Shown piece after piece: positions 27,520 through 40,644 of a stretch of 64,000 nucleotides of DNA (within the stretch, counting starts at the first letter, position 1; each line of letters opens with the position of its first letter). Location: positions 1,064-65,063 of the forward strand of contig JBDRNZ010000001.1 in NCBI GenBank assembly GCA_043810515.1. The letters run 5' to 3'. The notes beneath the pieces are model-generated. The model saw only the letters and a list, made by a program, of their open reading frames with translations. It ran no database searches and was not told the DNA's origin. Made by a program: the position numbers and the translations under genes. Source of the DNA: Candidatus Peregrinibacteria bacterium (lineage in GTDB: Bacteria > Patescibacteriota > Gracilibacteria > UBA1369 > LOWO2-01-FULL-3).

Positions 27520-27885
27520 ATGCAGGTAACATTCTTCCAGAAGAATCTTTCCAAGCAGGAGGAGAGCGCTTTTGCCGACTACGTGAATCAGAAAACGGAT
27601 GCGTTTGAAGGTCTGTTAAAGAAGTTTGCACCAGAGGCACAGCTGCTCAAAGCCTCGATTGAAAAATTTGACAAGCACGACGCCTACGAAGTGGAGTTTT
27701 ACCTTACGTTGCCGATAAAATCTATGATTGCTCAGGAAGCGAGCCACACTATCAGAAAAGCAGTCGATCTTGCGGCGGACAGGCTTACGATTCAGATAAA
27801 AAAACACAAAGCTCACCTTACAAAAAATCGAACGCACAAATCAATCCGTCAGGTTGAAGCGATGGAAAAGGAGAAAGTTTATTAA
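27520..27885 (+). CDS. hpf: Ribosome hibernation-promoting factor / RaiA family (S30EA)
   Basis: 121 aa. Pattern MQVTF..KN...EESAFADYVNQK...YEVEFYLTLP...IRKAVDLAADRLTIQIKKHK. Confidence 0.8.
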   Translation: MQVTFFQKNLSKQEESAFADYVNQKTDAFEGLLKKFAPEAQLLKASIEKFDKHDAYEVEFYLTLPIKSMIAQEASHTIRKAVDLAADRLTIQIKKHKAHLTKNRTHKSIRQVEAMEKEKVY

Positions 27886-27905
27886 AGTCGCTACGCATAC
27901 AACAA

Positions 27906-27939
27906 AAAGCGAAGCCAGGATATCCTAAGGCTTCGCTTT
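27906..27939. terminator. Bidirectional intrinsic terminator between convergent genes
   Basis: Perfect 11-bp stem AAAGCGAAGCC / GGCTTCGCTTT with a 12-nt loop, flanked by A-run and T-run. Confidence 0.7.
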
Positions 27940-27958
27940 AATGTTTTATATTTGCTGA

Positions 27959-28174
27959 TTACTCTGCGTCTTCAGCAGTTTCGTCGACAGCTTCATCAGA
28001 AGCACTGTCGTCAGTGACAGCTGCATCCACAGCGGCGTCTGTCATTTCAGGCTCAACAACTGTTTCATCAGTAGTTGTGTCGGTTGCCTCTTCATCGCTC
28101 TTATCAAGCATGGAACATCCTGCGAATAGCAGAGTCATGCTGACCAGAGTCAATGTCAGGAATAGCTTTTTCAT
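27959..28174 (-). CDS. Small acidic lipoprotein, hypothetical
   Basis: 71 aa. Lipobox MKKLFLTLTLVSMTLLFAGCS, followed by a D/E/T-rich tail. Confidence 0.55.
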   Translation of the reverse strand: MKKLFLTLTLVSMTLLFAGCSMLDKSDEEATDTTTDETVVEPEMTDAAVDAAVTDDSASDEAVDETAEDAE

Positions 28175-28256
28175 AAAATATTTACGTTAAAAAATACATA
28201 TGTGTTAGCTACACGAAGCCCAGTATAGTTATTTTAGAAAAATTGTAAAGCAAAAA

Positions 28257-29501
28257 TTGCTTGTTTCGGCCAAAAATAATACAATGATCACCATGAATAA
28301 TAAATCCTTGATCGAAGGTGAAAAAATCGCAAGGAACTCGATCATTAAGCTGGTGGGGCTGGGAGCTATAAAACTCATAGCCGGTATAATAACCGGAATG
28401 CACGTTATGATCGCGGACTCGATAAGCACTTTTGCTGATACGCTAGGTGTTTTCGCGTCATACTTCGGCCTTAGAATGTCGCGAAAAAGTGCCACGCAGG
28501 GGTTCGAATATGGCTTTTATAAGATAGAAACATTTGCGGCTTTGCTAATTTCAGTCGGAACAATTTACGCGGGATACGCGATTTTAAAGGATGGCATAAC
28601 AACTTTTTACTCTCCGTCTCAGGGGGAATATCGATATTTCGCCATTACGGCAACGATTCTGGCAATCATCCATTCGGCAAAACTTGCCAAAAAACTCGAA
28701 ATTGCCGGTAAAAAGGTTAATTCATTGTCTTTGATGGCAAATGCAAAGGATAAAAAAATGGACGTTTTTGCAGGTTTTATAATCCTTGTTTCAATAATTG
28801 CAAATTACAAACAAATACCCTACATAGAAGGAGTGGTCACTATATTAATAGCGATATTGATCCTCAAAGTCGGCTTTTCCAGCAGCAAGGAATCATTATT
28901 TTTCCTGCTGGATTATTGGGACGACCCGCGTCTTATAAAAAGGATACGCATGGTTTTTGCGAAAGAGAAGGATCTGGTGCGCGGAGTCAAAAAACTTCGT
29001 CTTCGCCGTGCGGGAACATTTATCTTTGGAGAAGCATTTATTGAGGTGGATCCATACAGCGGAATCGAGGATTTAAGGGAGGAACTGGAAATTTTGAAAA
29101 GAAATATTCTTGAACTGAATCCTTACATCAAGGATTTTTCCATTTACACGCATATTTCAAAAGTAAATAAAGTAAAAATAGGCTTTCCTGTAAAAAAAGG
29201 AAAAGCTCTCTCCGCGCGTCTTGCATCGAATTTAAGGCAGACAAAAGCATACGTTTTCGCTGACATCCGCAAAGGAAAGGTAAAGGCGTGGCATACGATT
29301 TCGCTGAAACCCGAGCTTAAAACCCCCGTAAAACTGGCTGAATTCCTAAAGAATCAAAAAGCCAAAATAATAATCAACAGCAGACTCAATTCATTGATAT
29401 ATTATAATCTGAGAAAAGTTCATCACATTCTGATCTACCCCAATTTTTCCGACGCAAAAACGGTGGAACAAGCGTTAAAATTATTATTGATTGATATTTA
29501 A
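28257..29501 (+). CDS. Cation-diffusion-facilitator transporter fused to a C-terminal NifX/NifB-like (DUF/PF02579-like) domain
   Basis: 414 aa. CDF-like TM core (ADSISTFADTLGVFASYFGLRMSRK...GFEYGFYKIETFAAL). The C-terminal 110 aa (KIGFPVKKGKALSARLASNLRQTKAYVFADIRKGKV...AKIIINSRLNSLIYYNL) resemble the dinitrogenase FeMo-cofactor-binding fold. The exact start is uncertain. Confidence 0.7.
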   Translation: MLVSAKNNTMITMNNKSLIEGEKIARNSIIKLVGLGAIKLIAGIITGMHVMIADSISTFADTLGVFASYFGLRMSRKSATQGFEYGFYKIETFAALLISVGTIYAGYAILKDGITTFYSPSQGEYRYFAITATILAIIHSAKLAKKLEIAGKKVNSLSLMANAKDKKMDVFAGFIILVSIIANYKQIPYIEGVVTILIAILILKVGFSSSKESLFFLLDYWDDPRLIKRIRMVFAKEKDLVRGVKKLRLRRAGTFIFGEAFIEVDPYSGIEDLREELEILKRNILELNPYIKDFSIYTHISKVNKVKIGFPVKKGKALSARLASNLRQTKAYVFADIRKGKVKAWHTISLKPELKTPVKLAEFLKNQKAKIIINSRLNSLIYYNLRKVHHILIYPNFSDAKTVEQALKLLLIDI

Positions 29502-30127
29502 TGATTTGTGTACCTGTTAAGAAAAGGGAAATCAATCTACTTTTGAAAAATCTCAAATCCGCCGGAAAGCTGGGCGACATCGTTGAGATATGGTTTGACA
29601 GGCTTGAAAACCTTGATGATTCGAACTTAAAAAAAATCTTTGCACGCAAACACACTCCGTTCATTTATAAACTTGAAAATCCTTCAAATATTAAAAAAAT
29701 ACTTCCGTACGGCGTGGAATTTATCGATCTGGACATCTCGACCAAGCCCGAAATAATCAGATTGATTCGAAAAACAAGCCCTTCAACAAAAATCATCATG
29801 TCCTTTCACGACTTTAAGGCAACGCCGCCCTCTCAGGTTCTGAAAAAAATTGCAAAAAAGATGATTGAGGCCGGTGCGGATATTGTTAAAATCGCAGCTT
29901 ATGCGAAAACTTTCCAAAACAGCCTGACAATGCTCGAATTTCTCTCGCATTTGTCGGAAAAAAACATAAAAGCGATTTGTCTCTGCATGGGAAAAGAGGG
30001 AAGAATAACAAGAGCCACTGGACACCTCTTTGGAAATTATCTAATGTATGCTCCGGTCCGTCTTTCCGATAGAACTGCGGAAGGGCAGATAACCGCCGAA
30101 AAATTAAAAAAGATAATATGGCTCTAA
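29501..30127 (+). CDS. aroD: Type I 3-dehydroquinate dehydratase
   Basis: 208 aa. MICVPV..., SFHDFKATP, and the active-site Lys region GADIVKIAAYA. Confidence 0.8.
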   Translation: MICVPVKKREINLLLKNLKSAGKLGDIVEIWFDRLENLDDSNLKKIFARKHTPFIYKLENPSNIKKILPYGVEFIDLDISTKPEIIRLIRKTSPSTKIIMSFHDFKATPPSQVLKKIAKKMIEAGADIVKIAAYAKTFQNSLTMLEFLSHLSEKNIKAICLCMGKEGRITRATGHLFGNYLMYAPVRLSDRTAEGQITAEKLKKIIWL

Positions 30128-31212
30128 AAATTGGAATAGTAGGCCTGCCGAATGTTGGAAAATCAACGCTTTTCAATGCCTTGACGCGAACCAGGCTGGC
30201 CGAAGCCAAAAATTATCCGTTTTGCACCATCGAACCGAACGTCGGAGTTGTAGAAGTACCGGATCCGAGGCTCGATAAACTCGCGCAGACATCAAGCTCG
30301 GAAAAAGTAATTCCGGCCGCCATAGAATTCGTGGACATAGCGGGTCTGGTTGAGGGCGCGCATAAGGGAGAGGGGCTTGGTAATAAATTTTTGTCGAACA
30401 TAAGAGAATGTGATGCCATAGGGCACGTGGTCAGAGCTTTTGAAGAGCCGAATGTGACGCACGTACACAGTCATATTGATCCAAAATTTGACAGGGAAAT
30501 TATAGAATCGGAACTGCTTTTGGCCGATATTCAAACGCTTGAAAAACGGCTGGAAAAAGCTATATCGGATGCGAAATCAGGCGAAGCTGAGAAAAAAGAG
30601 TACGCAACTCTTTTGGGATATGTTATGGATAATCTCAAAAAAGGCGTGCTCGCCCACGACATTTCGTTGTCGGAAGAGGAAAAGGGACTGCTCAAAGACC
30701 TTCATCTTCTGACAATGAAGCCACATCTTTATATAATAAATCTGCACGAAAGCGCCGTTGGCGACGTTGATAAACAGAAATTTGCGGAAATGATAGGAGT
30801 TGATAATCCTGAAAAAATAATACCGATCTGTGCAAAAGTGGAGGAGGAGCTCGGCGATTTCGACAGCGTCGAGGCCGCCGAATATCTGAAAACGCTCGGA
30901 CTTAAGGAAACCGGCTTAAACGCGCTAATCCGCGCAGCCTACGACAACCTCGGCCTGATTACGTTTTTTACATCCGGCGCCCAGGAAACCCGCGCCTGGA
31001 CCGTCAACAAAGGACACTTTGCTCCAAAAGCGGCCGGCCGCATCCACACCGACTTCGAAAAAGGATTTATAAAAGCCGAAGTCATTAATTGGGATGATTT
31101 TGTCAGTTCGGGCGGCGAAACAAAAGCTAAAGAAAAAGGGCTTATCCGACTTGAAGGAAAAGATTACGAAGTCAAAGACGGTGACGTGATGCATTTCAAG
31201 TTTTCAACCTAG
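30118..31212 (+). CDS. ychF: Ribosome-binding ATPase YchF
   Basis: 364 aa. G1 motif GLPNVGKST. C-terminal TGS-like region GFIKAEV...YEVKDGDVMHFKF. Confidence 0.95.
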   Translation: MALKIGIVGLPNVGKSTLFNALTRTRLAEAKNYPFCTIEPNVGVVEVPDPRLDKLAQTSSSEKVIPAAIEFVDIAGLVEGAHKGEGLGNKFLSNIRECDAIGHVVRAFEEPNVTHVHSHIDPKFDREIIESELLLADIQTLEKRLEKAISDAKSGEAEKKEYATLLGYVMDNLKKGVLAHDISLSEEEKGLLKDLHLLTMKPHLYIINLHESAVGDVDKQKFAEMIGVDNPEKIIPICAKVEEELGDFDSVEAAEYLKTLGLKETGLNALIRAAYDNLGLITFFTSGAQETRAWTVNKGHFAPKAAGRIHTDFEKGFIKAEVINWDDFVSSGGETKAKEKGLIRLEGKDYEVKDGDVMHFKFST

Positions 31213-33524
31213 CTTATTTTTTTGAAAGTTAAAAAACTTTTGCCAAGAAACAGATAAAGAATCAAAACTTCAATTAAAATCGCCAGCCAGCTCAATTGAA
31301 AATTAAAGTAAAAATGTTCAAAAAGAAGCATTGAAACGGCAAGAACCGGAAGCCCGAAAACTATAATCCAGAAAAGTTTCTTTTTCCGCACAAACGGAAG
31401 ATAATTTTTCACTATGTGGGTCGTGAAAAGAACAAGAAAAAAAATCACAAACAGCCCCGAATATATGACCACATCGGAAAAAATGCCGTTATCACCGATA
31501 ACTCCCGTTTGTATAAGCCACCTGAATATTAACGGGTGAAAAATCCACGCAAAAATTGTAAAGGCCACGAGGGCGTATGAAATATACATCGCGCGGTTGG
31601 GAATTCTGTAAACGTACAAAATGCCGTCAATCTGCTCAAGCTCATCAAAGATATGTCCGACATTTTCAATATCACTCACAAAAACCTGCACATTAAAATA
31701 CGCCTCCTTTTGTTTGGAATGGCTCCAGCCTTTAAGATACGTCATATCGATGGAATGTTTGTAAAAAACCTCCGAAACATCTCTGAGCAATCCAAAACGG
31801 TTCCTTGCTGCAACCTTTACGTTAACCTTTACGCCACGCTCCGAAGTGTCGCCTTGTTTCTTGATTGCTTTTGCGACATCTACCGCACGTATGTCGCCTT
31901 CCGCGATGTAAACATACAATTCCTCATAACCGCTGAACGTTTTTCTGAAGTTTTTAGTGAGCTGGGCGGAAATTTTTTTGAACGGAGTGTTCCCGATAAG
32001 TCCAAGACCTGATATGTCGAATTCTTTTTGTAGAATATTTCGACCCTCCTTTATCTTCTCGTTTTTATCCATCTTTTTCAGGTAGTCGTGAATAGTGTTC
32101 TTTGCAAGACTGGTTTTAGCGAAATTCATCCAGGAAATTGAAGGATTGAGGTCTTTATCTGTGATTATTTTTATAACATCCCCGGTTTTAAGAGGAGTAT
32201 TTATGGGCATAACATTTCCGTTTATCTCTGATTTTGAAGCGTGGTTTCCGATATCGGCATTAATTACGTACGCAAAATCTATAACGGTCGCGCCTCTTGG
32301 AAGATCCACGGTTTCACCTTTTGGCGTAAAAACAAAAATTCTGTCCTGAAAAACATCATGTTTTAAATCCTCAAGAAAATCCCCGGAAGTTTTTTCCATT
32401 TTTTCCATTTCTATAATCTTATCAACCCAGGGAAGTCTGGTAGCATTGTCAATTTTCCCTTTATCCTTATTAAAGAAATTTGCAACAATTCCATATATTG
32501 ACTCAAGATCCATTTCTTTTGTACGTATCTGGATATCAGTCAGAACGCCATCGATTCCAAAAACCATCGTATGCAGACTCTGGTACTTGTTGACTTTCGG
32601 ACTTGCTATATAATCCTTAAATTTGTGGAGCTTTGGCGTAAAAAGTCCATGAACAACTCCAAGCGCTTCGTAGCAGTACGGAATGGTAGTCATAATAATT
32701 CTCACTGCGATCCTGGCTTCGAGCTCATTCGGCGTTTTACCTTTTGATAACAATTTTTTATGAATGGTATAAAGATTTTGTTTCCTCTCGGTAACCTCTG
32801 CTTTCAATCCTATTTTTTTGAATGATTGGGTGAGAATATTTATAAATTTTATCAGAGCCGGCTTATTCTTTTCGTTTTTTAAATCGACAGCGGCTTTGAA
32901 TTGGTTATATTCATCCGGGAAAAGGTACATAAAACAGAGATCTTCGAGTTCGGATTTGAGATCCTGAATTCCAAGCAGATTTGCCAGAGGAACGAAGATT
33001 TCGAGCGTTTCCCGCGCGATTCTAAGCCGCTTTTCTTCTTCCGGAACATACTGAAGGGTGCGCATGTTGTGAAGACGGTCGGCAAGTTTGATTATGATGA
33101 CGCGCAAATCTTTCGCGCTGTGCAGAAAAAGCTTTTTAAGGGATTCGATCTGCCTTTCCGGCATATTATTTTGATACTGGACTTTTGACAATTTAGTAAT
33201 TCCATCAATCAAAAAAGCGACATCTTCGCCAAATACGCTTCTTACCTCATTTAAATCATGTTCGGTATCTTCAGGAACATCATGAAGCAGAGCGGCTATT
33301 AAAATATCCTCATCCGCGTGCAGTTTTGACAGAATTTCCACTACCTTGACCGGATGAACCACGTAGGGAGTTTTACCATCCTTTCGGAGCTGGTTCCTGT
33401 GCGCGTTTTCCGAGAATTCAAAGGCTTTTCTGAACCTTTTTTTATCAAAATTAGGCAGATATTTACGTATTTCGCGTATAAGAGCCTCAATATCGAAATA
33501 GTTTTTGTAAATGGATTTTTCCAT
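31209..33524 (-). CDS. Long RelA/SpoT homologue (HD hydrolase, synthetase-like, TGS, ACT) with four C-terminal TM helices
   Basis: Start chosen at MEKSIYKNY (the ORF track starts at 33554). HD motifs HPVKV...LLHDVPEDT and KLADRLHNMRTL. YQSLHT and IQIRT present. The C-terminal 150 aa are strongly hydrophobic. Confidence 0.9.
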   Translation of the reverse strand: MEKSIYKNYFDIEALIREIRKYLPNFDKKRFRKAFEFSENAHRNQLRKDGKTPYVVHPVKVVEILSKLHADEDILIAALLHDVPEDTEHDLNEVRSVFGEDVAFLIDGITKLSKVQYQNNMPERQIESLKKLFLHSAKDLRVIIIKLADRLHNMRTLQYVPEEEKRLRIARETLEIFVPLANLLGIQDLKSELEDLCFMYLFPDEYNQFKAAVDLKNEKNKPALIKFINILTQSFKKIGLKAEVTERKQNLYTIHKKLLSKGKTPNELEARIAVRIIMTTIPYCYEALGVVHGLFTPKLHKFKDYIASPKVNKYQSLHTMVFGIDGVLTDIQIRTKEMDLESIYGIVANFFNKDKGKIDNATRLPWVDKIIEMEKMEKTSGDFLEDLKHDVFQDRIFVFTPKGETVDLPRGATVIDFAYVINADIGNHASKSEINGNVMPINTPLKTGDVIKIITDKDLNPSISWMNFAKTSLAKNTIHDYLKKMDKNEKIKEGRNILQKEFDISGLGLIGNTPFKKISAQLTKNFRKTFSGYEELYVYIAEGDIRAVDVAKAIKKQGDTSERGVKVNVKVAARNRFGLLRDVSEVFYKHSIDMTYLKGWSHSKQKEAYFNVQVFVSDIENVGHIFDELEQIDGILYVYRIPNRAMYISYALVAFTIFAWIFHPLIFRWLIQTGVIGDNGIFSDVVIYSGLFVIFFLVLFTTHIVKNYLPFVRKKKLFWIIVFGLPVLAVSMLLFEHFYFNFQLSWLAILIEVLILYLFLGKSFLTFKKIS

Positions 33525-33593
33525 ATGCCCACTCAAAAAGAATGAGAAAAGCATGACATAAATTTTCCATTAAGTCAATTAGATGCTTCGCTA

Positions 33594-33622
33594 TTGATAA
33601 AATGGCAAAAAACCGCTATAAT
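33594..33622 (+). promoter_or_regulatory. Sigma70-type promoter TTGATA-17-TATAAT
   Basis: Hexamers read directly. The -10 element ends 16 nt before the sortase ORF start. Confidence 0.6.
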
Positions 33623-33638
33623 TTAAGGAAAAAATAAG

Positions 33639-34424
33639 TTGAGCGATATGCCCGAAGGGGAAAAAAGAAATATAAAAACAGTACTAAAAGATGCCTCAAG
33701 ACAGATAATTGTGAGTGCGATCATTCTTGTGGTGGGTTTTTTGTTGCTGAATTGGTCCGCATATTACAAAATCATAAAAAACAAATACGAGGAATTTCGT
33801 GGCATCGAGAACCAAAGTCCCATGGAGGAGCTTGTTGAAGACAAAAAAATATCTTACGATGAAAAAAATCTGGAGGCGAGCAGCAATCCCGAAATTCAGA
33901 AAAAAAATATTCCGCCTCTCGATATTGATATCGCGCCTAGCGATAATAGAATCATAATTCCGCGAATTGACCAGAATATACCAATCGTGAGAATAAGCAG
34001 TGAGAACCTTTTAAGACGCGATTTTAGTGCGCTTGAGAAAGAAATGCAGGAAGCGCTTAGAAGCGGCGTTGTGCATTATCCTGGGACAGCTTTACCCGGC
34101 CAAACGGGAAATGTCGTTATAACCGGCCATAGTTCGTATTTCCCATGGGATTCGGGAAGATTTAAAGACGTTTTTGCACTTCTGCACAACGTGGTTGAAG
34201 GCGACAGGATTGTTGTTTATAACGAACAAAAAAAACACGTTTACGAAGTCACGGAAATAAAAATCGTCCTGCCCTCGGATATTGATATATTAAAGCAGAC
34301 GCCTGACGACAGACTTACTCTTGTCACCTGTACGCCGGTCGGAACAAATCTAAAAAGGCTTATAGTTATAGCAAAGCCGATCGATACAAGTTCAGTGGCC
34401 GCTGCACCAAAAATTCCAAGATAA
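33639..34424 (+). CDS. Sortase-family transpeptidase
   Basis: 261 aa. N-terminal TM. VITGHSSYF and the catalytic TLVTCTP motif. The start may be TTG at 33639 or ATG at 33648. Confidence 0.85.
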   Translation: MSDMPEGEKRNIKTVLKDASRQIIVSAIILVVGFLLLNWSAYYKIIKNKYEEFRGIENQSPMEELVEDKKISYDEKNLEASSNPEIQKKNIPPLDIDIAPSDNRIIIPRIDQNIPIVRISSENLLRRDFSALEKEMQEALRSGVVHYPGTALPGQTGNVVITGHSSYFPWDSGRFKDVFALLHNVVEGDRIVVYNEQKKHVYEVTEIKIVLPSDIDILKQTPDDRLTLVTCTPVGTNLKRLIVIAKPIDTSSVAAAPKIPR

Positions 34425-34425
34425 A

Positions 34426-34908
34426 TTAAAGATTTTTAAGATTTTGAAGAAGGGCTTCCTCCTCGGATTCTTCAGTTTTATTGCTTTCGGTTTCTTCTTT
34501 ACGGATTTCCTGAATTTTTTCTTTGAGCCGGGATTCGTCGATCTCTTTGACCGCTTTTGCTCCCATTTTTGAGACCTCGCTTTCGTATTCACTATCAAGA
34601 CGGCTTAGCTGTTCTTTCTCATTTACAAGAATATTTCTGAATTTTACTATCTGCTCTTCAGTCATAATAGGCATTATCTGAAGCCAGTATTCACGCTCTT
34701 CTGCGTTCATGGACTCGGTTTCATAAATAAGTTTCACAAGATCCGGAAATTTTTCCCTGACAAGCCGGGGGACTATATACTTCGCCTCCGCTTCTTTCAT
34801 GTATTGCTCGGCGGATTTGTTTTTATCTACAACAACTCCCCCTGCCGATACCCCCCCGGTAGCTGTGGTCCCCGTGATTTGTGTTATTGGATCTGCCATT
34901 ACTGCCAT
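34426..34908 (-). CDS. Hypothetical protein with a helical, acidic C-terminus
   Basis: 160 aa. Its central module (EEREYWLQIMPIMTEEQIVKFRNILVNEKEQL) resembles the C-terminal module of the protein at 48258..49052. Confidence 0.55.
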   Translation of the reverse strand: MAVMADPITQITGTTATGGVSAGGVVVDKNKSAEQYMKEAEAKYIVPRLVREKFPDLVKLIYETESMNAEEREYWLQIMPIMTEEQIVKFRNILVNEKEQLSRLDSEYESEVSKMGAKAVKEIDESRLKEKIQEIRKEETESNKTEESEEEALLQNLKNL

Positions 34909-34920
34909 TATATTGTTTTT

Positions 34921-35316
34921 CTAAATTATAAACAAATCTCCCGTGCTGTCTTCAAGTCTTTCTTTTGTGTTGCGGACTCTCTCAAGAAGATTCTGCATCT
35001 GGTACGTTTCGCTGAAGCCGGACTCAAAAAGATATTTTATTTCTTTTATCGCAAAAAGCAGATTTACAGCCTCAAGATCAGCCTTGCCGCGCTCAGGTTC
35101 GGGAAGATTGTCGTAAACCGCATGATTTATAAGGGTATCGGGTTTTAGTAGATCAATTTTCCCCTCATTTATCAGATTCATGACCATTTTCAGAAATTCA
35201 CGATTTTTATCGCTCACGCCCTCTGGATTAGGAAGAGGGGTGTTGAGCGTCTCCTGTGTTTCAGGATCATGAAAGATCGCCTTTTGGGACTTTTCGTCTT
35301 TTGTTGAATTATTCAT
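34921..35316 (-). CDS. Hypothetical protein
   Basis: 131-aa ORF in apparent operon with 34426..34908. No motif recognised. Confidence 0.5.
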   Translation of the reverse strand: MNNSTKDEKSQKAIFHDPETQETLNTPLPNPEGVSDKNREFLKMVMNLINEGKIDLLKPDTLINHAVYDNLPEPERGKADLEAVNLLFAIKEIKYLFESGFSETYQMQNLLERVRNTKERLEDSTGDLFII

Positions 35317-35363
35317 GGTATGCTTGAATTAATCCCTAAATTATAGCAAAATTAGGCATATAA

Positions 35364-38947
<3,584 letters not shown>

Positions 38948-39000
38948 GACAAATTTCTTAAGGGTTCCAATACTAACACGACTGTCGGGTGTCGAAAAGT

Positions 39001-40092
39001 TTATTTTGTTCTGCGGATTTTTGCTTTTATTTTTTTTTCGAATATTTCCGGCGAAAAATTTCTCGAATGTCTGCGGATTGTGTGGGGTTTATAAAATTTT
39101 TCATTGTATAACAGGCGAGCCAGGCCGTCTTCCATCGATTCAACCGTATTTTCAAAGAAGAACTCACCGGTTTTTCCGGAAATCAGACTCTCGGTGACGC
39201 CGCCCCTGCCATATGCCAGAACTGGCTTGCCGCAGGCCATAGCCTCGACAGGTGTTATTCCGAAATCATCTTCTCCCGGAAAAATAAATGCACGGCAATT
39301 CTGCATATATTCGCTGACGGTTTCATCATCTTTAAATCCAAGAAAATCTATGTTGTCACCGGCAATGCTTTCAAGATAACGGCGGTGCGGACCGTCGCCT
39401 ATAATCACAAGCCTGCGACCGAGCTTATTAAAAAGAGCTACCGCAAGTTCAATTTTTTTGTACGGAGTTAAGGTCGACACGATCAAAAAATAATTGGAAT
39501 TTTTTTCGCTTAATTTAAACCTGTCGACGGAAACGGGAGGATAAATCACTTCGCTGTCCTTGCGGTAATATTTTTTCAGCCGTTTCTGAACATTTCTGGA
39601 ATTTGCAATATAGGCCGTCGGCCTGTCGGAAGCTATATAATCCCATTCCCGTAAATATTTCATAAGCGGCGCATAAAAAAGCATTTTAAGGCCGGTAATA
39701 TTATTTTCTTCGCGATACTCGTTTACCCAGTCCCAGGCATATCTCATGGGGGAATGACAATAACAGATATGTTTCGTCTCGAGCGGAACTAAAATTCCAT
39801 GTCCAAAAGCCGTACTTGAACTTATAACAAGGTCATATCCTTCGAAATCAAATTCTTCAATTGCTCTTGGTAATTTTTTTACGAAATACCTGGATCTGCC
39901 TTTTGAAAGCTCAAAATATTTTTGCAGAGAGGATGTTTTTATGCGTTCTTTCGGAAAAACCTTCCCGACATTTTCCTCGTCATAAAACATGGTATATATG
40001 GGGGCGTCTTTGTACATGTCTGACAGAGCCTTAAGAACACGCTCCGCTCCGCCTAGCTTGGTGAGAAAATCATGTACAAGTGCAATTTTCAT
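39001..40092 (-). CDS. Glycosyltransferase family 4 (GT-B)
   Basis: Start chosen at MKIALVHDFL. C-terminal E-x7-E-like region FPGEDDFGITPVEAMACGKPV. Confidence 0.85.
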   Translation of the reverse strand: MKIALVHDFLTKLGGAERVLKALSDMYKDAPIYTMFYDEENVGKVFPKERIKTSSLQKYFELSKGRSRYFVKKLPRAIEEFDFEGYDLVISSSTAFGHGILVPLETKHICYCHSPMRYAWDWVNEYREENNITGLKMLFYAPLMKYLREWDYIASDRPTAYIANSRNVQKRLKKYYRKDSEVIYPPVSVDRFKLSEKNSNYFLIVSTLTPYKKIELAVALFNKLGRRLVIIGDGPHRRYLESIAGDNIDFLGFKDDETVSEYMQNCRAFIFPGEDDFGITPVEAMACGKPVLAYGRGGVTESLISGKTGEFFFENTVESMEDGLARLLYNEKFYKPHTIRRHSRNFSPEIFEKKIKAKIRRTK

Positions 40093-40149
40093 GGGAAAAA
40101 TAAAGGGCGGCACATTAGTGCCGCCCTTACTCTAAACAATTTTGCTTCC

Positions 40150-40611
40150 TTATTCAACAACTTCTTCAGTTGCCTCGGTAGCTTCAGGCTGTTCAACATC
40201 GCCTGTGTCTTCAGTAGCCTCGACATCCTCAGCCCCTTCCACATCTTCAACTGCCTCAACATCTCCCTCCAGATTAAGATCATCTCCCATTCCTTCAACG
40301 GCCTTCATGAAATCACCCGCACATTCATTAAGAGCACCTTCAATAGCTGCGCTTACGTCAACATCATCCTGATATTTTTCAGTCAACGCCTGCATTGCAG
40401 CATCATCGTCAGCATCAAATCCATAGTCTCTGTATATCTTCTTTGCCTGTTCCTCCAGAGCCGGATCAAAAATATTATCAGACTGAAAAACCAGACAGGT
40501 CGCCTCAATAGTGGCGTCTATAAATCTGTCTTTCTCGCTTCCGGTGGCTTTGCTGCAGCCGAACAGGAAAAGAGAGGAAATAACAAGAATGCTTGTGATA
40601 AACTTTTTCAT
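40150..40611 (-). CDS. Acidic lipoprotein, hypothetical
   Basis: 153 aa. Lipobox MKKFITSILVISSLFLFGCS. D/E-rich C-terminal repeats (VE.VE). Confidence 0.6.
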   Translation of the reverse strand: MKKFITSILVISSLFLFGCSKATGSEKDRFIDATIEATCLVFQSDNIFDPALEEQAKKIYRDYGFDADDDAAMQALTEKYQDDVDVSAAIEGALNECAGDFMKAVEGMGDDLNLEGDVEAVEDVEGAEDVEATEDTGDVEQPEATEATEEVVE

Positions 40612-40644
40612 GGTAAATGAGTTAAATGATAAGCATTAGGGCTA

